From Hormiphora californensis (taxonomy: Eukaryota; Animalia; Ctenophora), in the NCBI GenBank assembly GCA_020137815.1, contig CM035354.1, forward strand, positions 6,572,001 to 6,636,000: 64,000 nt of DNA. The letters run 5' to 3'. The notes beneath the pieces are model-generated. The model was given only the letters and a program-made list of their open reading frames with translations, ran no database searches and was not told the DNA's origin. Positions within the stretch are counted from its first letter, which is position 1. Every line of letters starts with the position of its first letter. This document shows, piece by piece, positions 24,855 to 62,367 of the stretch. Both the position numbers and the translations under genes were made by a program.

Positions 24855-25678
24855 GGGGGGGGGGACATGTTAATTGTTAATAAATCACCTCTTTTTTTCG
24901 ATTTTGTTAATTAACAAAATTAACAAAATTAACAAATGCTAAAAGAATGTTCTTATTGGTTAATAATACGACTTTAACTGGTTTAATTTTATAGTTTAAT
25001 GAATTATCTAACACATATATACCCAAACAAGGCCTTTTCCGATAACCAAAGTCCGACATACAGGTTTTTTGGCTCAAAATCGATTAAATTCCAAAAGTTA
25101 CAAATATTTCAATTTAGCGTATAAAATCTCACTTTAACGTAATTTTTAAATTGGTAATCGATTCTTTGGACGTAATAAGATGATGTACAACGTTTCTGTT
25201 GAAAAAAGAAATGAAATTTTCCCAAAATCAATTTTTTGGTCAAGGATTGAAAATTTGCTTCGCTACAAATCCTTGTGTTTTTTTAGAAAAATTGATTTTT
25301 GGGATATTTTTCGTTTTAAGGTAAATTCATGAGTTTTATTTAGTTTTTAGGGTGCGAAAATGTTGGATTAGTGTCATTTGACTTCAATTGCGGTTTAGTT
25401 TGGCTAGTATTTATTAACATTTACAAAATGGAATAAATCGCTGTAGAAAAGCCGTAGTAGAGGTAGTAGGGGTATGTAAATCGTACAGAATGAACAAATT
25501 TGCTCGCAGAACAAGTGTTAAATACTAAAAATACGTGCTAAAGGGGATTTAGATGACATAAATGGCAGGGAATGGCATTTGTTAACGTTTGTTAACTTTT
25601 TGTTAATTTGTTAATAAATCACCTGTTTTCTCGATGTTAATATTAACAAAGTTAACAAAATTAACATGTCCCCCCCCC
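24855..25678. mobile_element. Second poly-G-terminated TIR element with 8-bp TSD
   Basis: CATTGTAA|GGGGGGGGGGACATGTTAATT ... AATTAACATGTCCCCCCCCC|CATTGTAA. Subterminal ttaacaaa/ttgttaa repeats and a duplicated ttgttaataaatcacct. Confidence 0.8.
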
Positions 25679-27091
25679 CATTGTAACTTGTGTTAGTTGA
25701 CATGTTCCCGGTCTGCGTAGCATCTGTCAGAGCATTGGCCTGACCCTGTTCTCAGAACTGTGGCCAGAGCATTAGCCTGGCAGCGTAGCACGGTATTACC
25801 TATATAATACAGTATTAGTAGGGTGGGTGCGGTGAGGAATGTTCTCTCAGGATTATTTCACAGGCTGATGACTGGTCATAAGACATAAGTAGCAGTAGTT
25901 TCTGGAGTTGGTTATTATAATTACTTGTGTGCAAAGAGTTAGGTGACTTTCACAGACACTCGGTGGCACTGAGATCATTCCCCCCAACCACGGTTGCATA
26001 TTCAAACTTTATTATCACCCAATTTATCATATGCTCAATCTCCAGACAAACACAGTGGTGAGGGAGAGGGAGAGAAAGAGATAGAAAGAAAGAAAGAAAG
26101 AGAGAGAAAGAGAGAGATAGAAAGAAAGAGAGAGAGAGAGGAAGATAGACGTGGATAACAAGGATAAAATAGTAAATGAGCCATGAGGGAGATAGTCACG
26201 GGGTGTGTTTCCGCTACTGTCTCTCTCAAAAGCTGTCTACACCTATCGTTCTATCTTTGCTCCTCTTCTCGTTGCTTTGACTTCGTTCCTGTGAAGTTTG
26301 GCTTCATCTCCGTTCTCCTTTGATCACTCAGTCTATCTAGCTACCACATACTCCCTTTTTTCTGTGTTATCTCCCATTGGAAGCTTGTAGTGATGCCCTG
26401 TACACGCCCATCACAGCTGATAACATATGTAGTTGGGGTGATCTTTAATAGTGGGTGGAGCTATCACTGCTACTTCAGTAATAATATAGCTGAAACTCCA
26501 TCTCTCTCCCTATAATATAGCAACTCCCTCTCTCTCTCCCTGTCATATATAGCAACTCCCTCTCCCTGCTGCAGGGAGCCGCGCGCAGGTCACGTGACAT
26601 GGTAACGTCACACCCCCACGTGACACCTCCCTCCCTCTCTCTCTCTCCTCCTCGCGTGGCTCCCCTCCTCCCACTGTATATGACTCCGCCTCTTGCAGGA
26701 TTGTGGACTACTCCTGCCGCTGCACTCCTGCTTTGTTTGTAATCGATCCATGCATGATAGTGAACAGTGCCGCTGCCCGCTATGCAGAAGGGTGGGATAG
26801 GAGAAGGAGAAATAGAGAGAGGGTGGGAGAGAGACGTGAGAGACGAGAGTTCTGCTTTAGTCTTTATGCAGTTTGCATTTCGGAATGCCTTTTATTCCTA
26901 ACCCCATATAACTTCTCCGCTAGCTCTATACCTCCCTCTCTCGTGAATGCCATTGTAAGATACATCAGCAACTCAGTTAAATTAATAGGAGAATTACTGT
27001 TTCATTGCCCCCCGTTCATCTCGTCAGAAACCGATCCTAATATCTGCTGATAACCACCGCGGTAGTCGTTGCAGACCTACACCAGCTTCCG

Positions 27092-51220
<24,129 letters not shown>

Positions 51221-51409
51221 GGGCTAGGACTGCAGGGCATGAACCTTGTGTCTGTGTGTTAGAAAATCAAGAGAAAAGTGAGTGAGTGCAGCTTTAAAAT
51301 GTACTGAACAAGCTTGTGTTTGAAGCAGAGAGGTGAGGTGAGGAGCTGGTCATTATCTGTGTGAATTATTTGTGAATTTCCAATATTATATACCCTTGTT
51401 GTACAAGGC

Positions 51410-51592
51410 AGCCGCTACTTGTTTAGCACTCACCCGTCCCCTTTTTCGGCCTTCGTTCTGACCATTCTGACCATTCCGAGAATATCCGAGTATCGGCCCT
51501 AACCCTCCTTTTTTACAATTGTAATGTGGGGCCGGTGAGACAGGGCCGAACAAGGCAGTGTCGGGTGCAACCTAGACAAGCTGCTGCAGTAG
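51410..51592. mobile_element. Degenerate short inverted-repeat element
   Basis: cagccgctacttgtttagcactcacccg is roughly complementary to cgggtgcaacctagacaagctgctgcag. Confidence 0.4.
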
Positions 51593-52597
51593 GGCTATTA
51601 TAAGTAGGGAACGGAGAAGCACAATATTAAAATGACCCACAAACGGATCAGTGGGGATGATGTGTGTGCTTGGAAGGTGGCAGAAAAACTGTGTTTATTA
51701 TATTGTTTTAGGCTCAATTTAGTATCTTTAAAAGTTTTTTTGACCTAAACGGTCAAGATGAAAAATGTGAAAATGTTAATTCAAATAGGATATTAAGCTG
51801 AATTGTTAGTTTTAACAAATATTAGTTGAAATTGAAGTATAATAGCTAGAAAATGAAAGAAGCTTGAAGATGTTCGTGTGTATTTGTTCAAAAAGCTAAT
51901 CATGAGACGAGAACCAGAGCTTGCAGATGTTTTACAAATTGTATATCGCTAACTTATTCTCTTTTTTTAATAAAATCAGCCTGAAAAGTATTTTAAAAGA
52001 GTGTTATTGTCCAATTCCATTGTAAAATTGCATCTCCCATCAGCATTAGAAAACCAAAAATCATGCGTTTGTTCTTGAATTGTGGCCAAGGTGGATCATA
52101 GAGATCGGAACAGGGGTACTCAAGTACCGCCAATAATGAAAGAAACCTCCTCCCAATTCGAATTCGGAAATGGCATGGCCTTGGGCACGTCGCGCACCCC
52201 ATGTTCGCGCGCCCGTAGGGCGATCCCCTCACATAGGCCCCTACGGCAGGCAAGGCAAGGCATGGCCTGGTTAATAACTAACCAGTGGATATATAAGGGA
52301 TGCGAGCGCGCGCGTCATTTGAGTAAATACAGGGCGTTCAAGCTAAGCGCGTCCCGTCATCTCAAACTGCGCGTTGCTAAAACAGCAAAATTTTAAAATC
52401 TCGGAGTTTTTTAAATTTTTGAAAAAATCCGGATTTTTAATTTTTTTTCCGACAAAAATTCCGCTTGGTTTGGAATGCGCTGCAGCCCCCTCATGCGCGC
52501 ACCCCCGCAACGAGGGGACTGGAGGGAATGCCGCGCGCGCGTTTGGCCTGAGCCCGGCTGGGTCGAAAATAACTTTGCGGTCGAAAAAACGGCGGTG

Positions 52598-53033
52598 CTT
52601 ATAACTTTGGCCCCTGAAGTCCGTTTTGCTTGATTCTTTCACTAGCTGTTAGATCTGACAATTATCTACCTTGCTGTTTTTGAGAGAAGTTAATTGGACT
52701 TGAGGAGGCTGAGCAATAGCCGTTCAAAGATTGGTTGTTTTCAAAAAGTGACGTCACAGGTCCCTGCAGGGACACTTTGTTTCAAATTTGAATTAAAATC
52801 TCGAATTTTTTTATTTTACCGCACTCGATTTTGCGGAGTTTGGTTCATATCTCCTGTTCCTGATAAGATAGAGACCTGAAACCGGTTGCATTTGAAAGCT
52901 GTTATCTTCCTCTTTCCAACGCTACCAAAACGATTTCTGTACCTTATCTGGAACCGGAGATATGATTGATTATGTATTCCCCCCTAGCGCGGTATTCCCT
53001 CCAGGCCCCTTATATTATATTATAAGGGGCCTG
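52598..53033. repeat. Repeat-derived region with two palindromic modules and a terminal palindrome
   Basis: Module 52846-52964 (catatctcc..gttcctgataag / cttatctggaaccggagatatg) shares its left arm with 2481-2596. A second module spans ~52598-52720. Palindrome caggccccttata-ttatat-tataaggggcctg at 53002-53033. Confidence 0.65.
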
Positions 53034-53194
53034 CAACGTATGCCAACCGCTTGGTTGAAATGTACTGCCTTATCTCGCGCTGGGTCTGTATGCCAATTCG
53101 CTCGGCTTGCCTTGGGTTCCAGTCTCCAAAACATGTTCCACGTTGACTCGAATCCTTAAAATGACTGATAGAATCACTTTTTAGGTTATTCAGC

Positions 53195-56128
53195 ATGTCT
53201 TTCCAAGATTTAAGCATCTGCGGAACACCTACACCTCGAACCACATCACGAACAGGGCGTCCTGGAAGCAGCTCCGCAAGGGTAAGCTATAATTAGGATT
53301 CCTATATAGTGAATTTCAATTTTTTCAAACAACATTTTTACCAGGGTCCAGTTGTGACGAAGGATCAGCTGGATATAGTTCGGAAACTGACTTTCTACGA
53401 AACTGAGGTGGAGAAAGCGAGAAAGGACCGAGGTGGAAGACCTCCCAGTGCACCAAAACAACCTAAGATTGCCCCCAAATCAACTGCTGCAGTACCAAAA
53501 TTAAGGCTACAACAACTGAAGAGGTCAAATAATGGCTCAAATGACTACCATGTTACTCGAGGGGTCGAGACAAGTCGGTCTGTGTTGAGTTGGGGAGATG
53601 GGGAATCATGCCGACAGATGCCAGATGAAATAACGAAACTAGACATTGTTTCAAGACCATCAACTAGAGCAGAGGAGCAGCGAGTGGATCCAATTAAACC
53701 ACGAGTAGGTAGGAATGTGTCTGGAATGTATTTTATCTTCCCTTTCAGCTTCAGGAAGGAAGTGAGCCCTAATTTCGTTTTGCTAACCAATGCGCATTAT
53801 ATTTACAGGAAGACCAAGAACTGCAACCAACAAACCGAGATGGCGACTGTGATCTTGATCCTGTATTGGACATGGGAGTGTTTGCTTTTGAGACTGAAGT
53901 AAGACACGATCACCCTTTCATTTTCAATTTTTGGTTAGAATAATTATTAGCTTGACTCAGTTTGTTGAAACTAAAATTGCCATTATCAGCATTTGCACCC
54001 CCCCCCCCCCCAAATCAGCTAATTACCGATACTACTAGGAAGATAAGTTGAAGAGAGCACGAGAGCAGAGTGCAGTAGATGAACAGATGGAGCACGACCT
54101 AACACTTCCACAAACGGAACCAAGTACCCTCAGAACACCCTGGGCCACCACAGACAGATCAGATTTCTACGCACTAAAAGAGATACCCCGGCTGAAGCGA
54201 GGTGTGGGGGCGGCTGCATCATTACACGCCACTAGTGAAGAGTTGACTTATGCACCGTTAGAGAGACGGGGAATGGAAAATAAGATACGGATCTCGCTTC
54301 GGTGCATTACAAGGTTAGTATTGTTTATACTCGTGGAGGTCATGCATGAGACATTCTAAACAAGTCACAATAAACAGAAAAATTGTTTACGAAGTAACGG
54401 AGGTTTTAGGAGGGAGATAAGCATTTAACACGCGAGTTACTAATTCGTACATTTCTCACCACAGCTCAGGTAGAGACGCATTACGGGATCTTCACGGATA
54501 CTACTTTGATACAGACCAATCTTTTGTTATTTACGAGTGTAAAATCATCGGAAAAAGGTAAACCTGAGTAACAAACTTACAAAATCGAATTGTTAACTTT
54601 TACCAACCACTTCTCTTCTCCTTCAGTCGCCTGACACTGTGTCTGCGCTATCAACAATTCAATCTTTTCCAGGGTTACAGCAGTTCAAGTTTACCAAAGA
54701 AAAAGTTACACAAAACCAGAGGGTGGTGGAATTTATGGGATAAGAGATCTAAAAATTGGCACGAATCTCATTCTCCCAAAGTGTGTGGCATTTCCTACGG
54801 ATGAAGTGGTTCTACGAATAACTGATGTTTCTGACAGTGCGATTCTCTCCGTTGTGTAAGTGCAGTTGTGGTGATCGTAGGAATTCAATTATTCAAATAA
54901 AAGTGGGACGATTTTATCAAAGATCTTTCCTGTTTCAGGTATGGGAATTGTAGGATAGAAGAAAGGAAGGCGAGAGAGGCAGATGTGTTGGGAGAAGAGG
55001 GTGACTCGGGGGAACACATAGCAGCCCTAGTTAGAGGCATCCAGAGAGGGGTGGTGGGACAGTTTTTAAAACGGCCAGTTCGAGCTCTCATCTCCCTCTC
55101 CCACGCTTTGCTAAGAGAGGAGGGGTACCTATGGCGGGCTGATCAACTACAATCCCTTATGAGGACCTTCAGAATTGATATTTCCTCCGCAGTACGTTAT
55201 GTGGACTAATTGCAAGCTCGTTGTACACCCATTAAATGCTACCTGCTTCCCTCCCTCATGCATGATGCATCTATTTTACACTCCCCCACTCTCTCTCTCA
55301 GGATTTCTTGACGCTGTGGCATGTATGCAGTGGTTCAGAAACAGGCCTGGTTGACGGTACACTCTTTCTAAATACCCTCATGGGAGAGATGAGTGAGGCA
55401 AGGTTGGGAATAGTAAAAAGGGCATGGCTAAGAATGGATCCATCTCGGAAAGCTGCAGTATCATTCGTTACAATCAGACAGTTTTATAATCCCCTTCTGC
55501 CAGGTACGGAACGCGCGGTGTTGCGAGTCTCGCTTAAAATGAAAGTTCATTATTTCAGCAGTCAGTATATGGCGCGCATATCAACCAGGTGTTGAGTTGT
55601 TTTGGTACATTTTGAACGGATCCAGCTCGAGGCTTGAGTTGTTGTTCCCAGGTTCTGAGTCAGAACTTCTAACCTCACTCCTCAACATCAATGAGGCTGC
55701 CTCATGTCTTCTCTGTCGCTATCTAAAAGCATTGGTATAAACTTGCTCAACCGCTTTCTTGTCCTTCTTTTTTTAACCCCGATTCCCTATTTTTAGATTC
55801 CGATTCAACCAGAGAAGAAATGGTGGAAGAGTTTCTGGGGAATTTCACATCTGGACCTCTTGATCAGCGGATAACATATATGGTTAGTTTCAAGTGTTCT
55901 TATCTAATTCTAAAGAAACATACCTGCCTGTCTGTCCAGTCGGTTTCTGTAGTTCTGCAGAACTACCAAGGAGCTTTTGTAAAACTTCTACAGTTTCATT
56001 GCCACAACCTATCCAGTTGTAACAACTATTTCCCTCAGGAGTTTCTACATTACCACGCCTACCTGAGTGTAGAGGAGCCAGAAGACCAGATATTCCTGAC
56101 CTACATGCGGCATTGCTGGGGCGTGTGA
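53195..56128 (+). CDS. CAPS2: Calcyphosin-2-like protein
   Basis: Multi-exon + strand gene. Motifs VPKLRL, GRDALRDLHGYYFDTDQSFVIYE, YGIRDLKIGTNL, LMGEMSEARLGIVKRAWLRMD and C-terminal EFLHYHAYLS...FLTYMRHCWGV match CAPS2 motifs as I recall them. Confidence 0.78.
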
Positions 56129-56775
56129 GAGAGAGGTTCCACATGACCTGATGACGGACTAATTTCCAGCTGGCGTGTATGACGTCGTTATGAACTTATC
56201 TCCTTTATTATATTATGTGTTTGATATTTTCTACTTCTGATGAGTTGTAGCAGGTAGAAGTAGCCTGACAGGAGACCATTTCTCGGACTTTATAAAAGCG
56301 AGGGATAGTTATAAGAGAGGGAGAGAGAGGGATAGTTATAAGAGAGGGAGAGAGGGAAACGGACTGTATACAAATCTGGCTGGATTCCAGGCAATTATCG
56401 CCATTCCCCCGCTGAGAGCTCTTTCTATCTCTCTATCTTTATTTCGGTGTCTCAAACATAACAATGTTTTTCGTACCGGTTTTAATTTTATCCCGTTACA
56501 TATAAAAGATACCTCTACTGAACAGCTGACTTCTAAAACATATTCAGAGTCAGACTTATTAGTTAGCTCGTTTCCCCAGTTTTCCTTTTTCCGTTTTATA
56601 GATGAACTTTCACTGTGCTGTGTCATGGTGGTATAAATTTGAAGCTGGGAGAACCGGCAAAGTGCATTTTTGACGGTTTTAAATTCAATTATTAACTGCT
56701 CAGCTCTTTCTCGCGCCGTACAGAGGAATTAATTACCACGTGGCCAAGGGAGATGTTTGCGGTAGTGCGAGTTGA

Positions 56776-56778
<3 letters not shown>

Positions 56779-56851
<73 letters not shown>
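56779..56851. repeat. (GA)n microsatellite
   Basis: Dinucleotide tract. Confidence 0.9.
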
Positions 56852-56852
<1 letters not shown>

Positions 56853-57075
56853 ATATTGAACCTAGAAATGTTGTCCGTGTCTCATTGTGTATGTTCAACA
56901 CATTCTTTACAACTTGTCTAAATCCCGCTTATTGCACTGTGTGTCTCATGACAGGAACCCCGTGAACACCCTCTGGATAAAATAACCAGTTCGTAGCGTA
57001 GAACACTTGTCACCCTGCCTCTTGACCTGCCTCTCTACCTGTGAGACTGCAGCGAGAGATAGAGAACTCCAACTA

Positions 57076-58006
57076 TTAGGTTGTCCAAGAAATAATGTCG
57101 CGAGCCGATTTCTCCAACTTAACTCAACAATTCCGGTATACAACTTTTTCTAGCGCCTTGATCTAACCCTTGTCTGTATAAAGCAAGTGTCTGTTTTGAA
57201 AAATTTGATATTTGACGTCCCTTGGTGAACCCGGAAAAATTGCAAAAAAATTTGCCGCTGAACGAGATTTCCGTGCATGTTAGAAAAACTGCTATAGTTA
57301 TTTAATCAAGCATCTGTAAGATTTTTAATGACATCAAGCTTGTTTATTAGATAAATATCTATCTTTTGAGTGGTGAATGAAGTCACAGATCCAATTTGTC
57401 TCGGAGCTATGGAGCTCTGAAAAATTTTGGTCAAAATCGGAAATTTTCACTTCCGGGATACTTCAGGTTTGATTGGATTGGTGAAAGATAAATTTTTTGA
57501 TGGTAATTACTAATTAATAGTCCCAACTAAGCTTTTAACCGTAGTAAAGTTAACTTTTGGCTTTGGTAAGGTTTTGAGGTGAAAAATGCGGTTTTTTGAA
57601 AGTCCCGATTTTTGGGTCCAAAATCGAGGTAAAATTTTTCGTTTTTTCACTTTTTTGGGGTAGATTCACTAACTTTGCCGTTTCCATAGAACGCGTCGAG
57701 ACTAAAATCGCATGGGTACTATATCTTTGGACGATGGGCTATCGATTGACGCCATTTAGAGTTCTGCAAACCTAAATGGCTTCCTTCCAGCGACGTTTTA
57801 AAATTTGAAAAACTCCCGTTCAGCGGCAGAGCGACTTCCGGTGACAGATTACCCAAATACGGGCAATGAAAATATTAGTATGAAATTCTAAATATGTTTT
57901 CCAGACGGGAAATTGTCTACTGAACAAGATAGAACAAGTTAAAAGTCCTTAACTCATGCATTTCTACAAAAAATCGTAAGACGACATTATTTCCTGGACA
58001 ACCTAA
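57076..58006. mobile_element. mariner-type non-autonomous element (931 bp)
   Basis: TA|TTAGGTTGTCCAAGAAATAATGTCG ... CGACATTATTTCCTGGACAACCTAA|TA. The TIR start resembles mariner TTAGGTTG. No transposase ORF. Confidence 0.85.
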
Positions 58007-58264
58007 TATAATATGCTTCAAAGAGCAGAGAATTGTCAAATTCCATGGTCTATAAAAAGTAGTATACCTAGTTGTGTAGTTGCCATGCTACGCTGTCACT
58101 CAACAAACTCCAGTGTTTTGCTTGTCAGAGGGCGTTCACTGAGTTCCTTTTTGAGCGGCTGGGGGAGAGATAATCTACCCCATAGTTTGTAGAACAATGC
58201 CCCATGTTTTATGTCGTGGGTCCAGGGCCATAATCATAAATTATGCGAGGTCACTGCTGCTGCC

Positions 58265-58334
58265 CTTACTGTAAGATCCTAGGGTTACTACTTACTGCTG
58301 CAGCAGCAGTAACCCTATAGGATCTTACAGCAAG
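58265..58334. repeat. Short imperfect palindrome
   Basis: ctgtaagatcct-agggttact ... agtaaccct-ataggatcttacag around a ctgctgcagcag centre. Confidence 0.75.
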
Positions 58335-61300
58335 TGCTATATCACTGATCCTAGAGTGTTATAATATGAGATGACTGTTACATGACGTCACGAATACCAG
58401 GGCTCTTGTTACATGCCGTACAAGTTGCAATTGTCTGAGGGAGAAAGAAAGAGAGAGAGATAAGAGTAGAGAAGAAGAGAGAGAGAGAGAAGGGGAGAGA
58501 GGAGAGAGGAGAGAGGAGAGAGAGAGAGAGAGATAGAGAGAAGAGAGAGAGATAGAGAGGAGAGAGAGGAGAGAGAGAGAGAGAGGCAGAGGCCTCAGAG
58601 AGCCCGAGGGGGCGGTCTCGTCCCTTTTCCCTTTTATCCTTCTTCTCTTCTTCCCCTTTCCCCCTCGAGCTCTAGCTCCCGTGGGATTCGATAAGAAGTA
58701 GAAGGGGAGAAGAACGTAATGTGAGACCATATTCATCTCCTTCACATGTCGTTACTTCTTTCATTCTGCTTCCTGCGTAAATCGCCCACTTTAGTTAAAG
58801 CGTCTAGAGGGAGAAAGTAGAGACAAAGTACCCAACCGAGTGAATCGAGACATTCAACGTCAATAGTTACAAGCACCTTGTATTTAATTTCAGATGGCCA
58901 TCGATGGTCTATGAAAATGAAAATAAAAATGCACCTGCTAATGTAGCGTTGCATTGAAGCAGATGTCACGAGGATATAGCCGGAGAAGAAGAGACGTAAA
59001 ATTTGAATAGCTTGAAAAGGTGAAGAAGGATTACAGGAATGGAGAAGGGAATTATTCTGTGCAGTGCCTGCGAATCACGTGCACCACAGAAAGCCAGCAC
59101 ATATTGACTATATGCATGCTGCATTGTAGACTTTCTTTTGGTTTTTCCCTTTCCCCTTCCCACCCCGGGGGTATTGGGGTTTTTCTAAATTTAAACTTTC
59201 TATCTCATTTTTTTACCTTTACTTACTGTCTCTAACCAATCACCACTCATTCTTTTGGAGTTTGGCTGTCGGTCTGATGGTTTTTTAATGCCCAAATCAG
59301 GAAGTTCTCAAGCTTGCTGCTTGGGAGGATGAAATGTAGAAATTAGAATATCGGTAAATTTTGTACTACATGGGCCCGATTTAGGGGGCACCCCCGGGGG
59401 GAAAGGCCCTTTTCCACTAAAACGGGGGGGTGTCCACTAAATCGGGGGCAAAATAAGGTAATTTCCATATCGGGGGAAAAAATCCTGTCCCCAAATCGGG
59501 GGGGTTTGCCCAAATCGGGGTCCGGGCTTACTATTTTCAGGGGCATATCCTCTTTTTTGCATAGTTTCGAGCCTTTTTTAAAAAAAAGTGGGCAATTTAA
59601 TGTAGAAAATTTAGTACGGGGTAAAGGGTTATTCCACAAGGCTGCAATGGGGCTTCGCCTGAGTGCTAAAACTTTAGGGTAGAGACTAGAGAATCATAGC
59701 TATAGGGATCCCACAATTTGTAGAAAATTTTTTGAATTCCTCCTCTTTCCTCTCGGAGGTTTAAAAAGGAGAAAAGCCCCCCGGGAGGAAAGGGGAAAAG
59801 GGAGGGGGGGGCCCCCCAAGGGAAGGGAAATAAAAAAAGGGGGAAAAAAAGGAGGGAAATAAAAGGGGAGCAAGGGGGGAAAGAAAGAAAAATTTTTAAA
59901 GGTGCAATCGGGCTCAGAAACGCCCCCCAAAGGGAAATTCTCCGCGGCTCGTCCCCCGGGGGTTTCTCTTTCCTTCTTTTCGTCTAAACCCATCTCTTCT
60001 TCTTTCTTTCTTCCTTCTCTCTCTCTCTCTCTCTCTCTGCCCATGATACCACGTGAGCAAAGCTGACATTTGTGGGTGTTTGAAACCCTACTACATCTCC
60101 ACACATAGGATGAGTGAGGAAAAGGCCATATATGCAGGGAGAGAGAAATATAGAGATACTGGAGAGAGGAATAAACTATAGGGAGATTTTGGAGAAAGAG
60201 AAATATGACGAGGAGAGAGAGAGAGAAATATGATGAGGAGAGAGAGAAATATATGAGACATGTAGAAATCAGGGAGCTGCCAAGGAGGATGAGTGACCTA
60301 GGTTTTAGGATGAGACTCATATTATGAGTCATAGCACAAAGTAATATCAAGTTGCTCGATAGACATGAATCACAACGTACGGATAATAACCGGGTCTTGC
60401 GCCACACAACCGTGATGACGTAACGAACCATGCATCATATGGTATACTATAGGATGGAGTGTTTCTTTATCAGAGATATATCAGTGCCAGCAGCTGATAC
60501 TATAGCTTCCTGAACTAGATCTGTTTGTTATGCTGGATCACATTATAGACAAAGTGATTAGGAAACATATTCTTGTTAGAGGCACATGGCCGTATTTTGT
60601 TTTCCAGTAGTGAGCAGTCCTTTCCCTCTCGGCCGGCTGCATTTCGACCTTCACATTATATCTCCATCTCTAGCTCCTACACACTTGGAGAAAGTATCGC
60701 GCTGACAGCTTTCCTCCGAGCTGCTGCACTGGAGAGAGTGAGAGAGAGTGAGAAAGAGAGAGAGAGAGAGGGAGAGAGAGTGAGAGAGAGAAGACACAGT
60801 TGGGAAGCTCGTAAACGAGAAATAAATCCTGGAAGTATGGAGGAATACATCTCTCGAGAGCTGGAGGCGGAGGAGGAAAAGAAAAATCTCAGTTCTAGAT
60901 TCTCTATGACAGCCTTTTCCAGTTGCGTTGTGATGTTGGGTTGCCCTTTCTGGCCATGCATTTATATTGAATTTGTTACAACAGTTACACCAGGCTGGGT
61001 TAATCCGTTTTAAAAGTTACACTGTCAGTGACAGAGAGCGATGGGTAGAGAGGGAAACTGGGAGATGTTTAGAAAAATATGGGGTAGGTACCAAGTTGCA
61101 TGTGGTTTTGTTGGCGCCGTTTTGTTACAGGCCAGCCTTGTGTAATTTTCCATCTAAACACAGCTTTATTTTTCTGCCCACGGTCAACAGTCTATTTCCT
61201 TTTTTAAGTTTCACTGCAACTTCAGCTATTTCTCTCGCCCAGCTTCTCCACGAATTGAATTGTCCAGTTTCCATCAGAAGCCCTCCCTCGTAACGCATTC

Positions 61301-62367
61301 CCTGGCAACCTTTAAACGCCATGAGACCTCTGCCAAGTTGCGGTCAGTGGTCACGTTCCTCTATTTAGTTCGTTTGAAAATAACCGTTATAATGTTCATG
61401 GTGTTAAATTATAACAGTGACACGTCCCTTGTTAACCTCTTATTAATTAACAAACTTCAGACAAAATCGATATGTTTCTGTCATCTTTTGAACTGGAGTC
61501 GTGGTTTCGTTTTATTAAGAAAAATTAGATTTCCAGTTTTGCTTTTTGTGAACGCTTCCTTTATAACACTTGCACTGCCTGTGTCGATATATTTTTCCAG
61601 TGAGAGTGTCAGATTAACCAAGCCTTCAAAGCAGGCAACCACATTTTCGTGGTTGTGGCTAAAATGTAGTCATATGTACTAGTGATGCTGATACACACTT
61701 TTGGTGCCAATTGTGATATCATTAGTTAAAAACTAAAACAAACTAATTGAATAAAGTTATTTTATATTCCCCAGAAACCATCAGTATGTGTTTTATAGTT
61801 ATAAATCTTTATTTCAATATTATCCCCAAGCTGTCAGTGTCGTTTGCCTCTCGCTCTCTGACGACATCAAATTCGAGTCTGAGAAAATTCAATTCGGTAC
61901 CCATGCTGGCTCGCTGCCTCGTCGTCTGGGGCTCTAATTTTAGAGAGTCGACCACAGCTGTTCTTGGTTGATAATGCATTAGTAACACGTTAGATGTGGG
62001 TCACTCTCAAGATAACAGAAAACTGAGCTTTAGGTACCAAGCTGAGGTTGTTTCCCCCTTTTTTCTCTCTCTCAGTCTCTCTCGGTCTCTGTGTCTCTCT
62101 GTGTCTCTCTGTGTCACTCCCACTACATATTTGCCTGCCTCTTTCTCTCTCAATTCTATCCCACTTCAAGCTTGGTGGTGTAATCGTATTTCAATAAAAC
62201 ATACCCCATGCTAAACTCCAGATACTAAAACTGTAAAAACTACTTGACAAGAAAGTTAGAAAGAAAAGAAAAGAATTTTGCATCTTCTTCAGTTCAGTGA
62301 TAATTACCACCAATCGGAGTCTTATTATTCACTAATTCCCTAATTAGCACAGAGATCACAGTAAATA

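Noticed and set aside
60540-62000. Exon-like minus-strand segments (e.g. HNHENVVACFEGLVNL..., LNFLRLEFDVVRERE...)
   Set aside because: Could not be joined into a consistent model, contain stops, and match no family I recognise.
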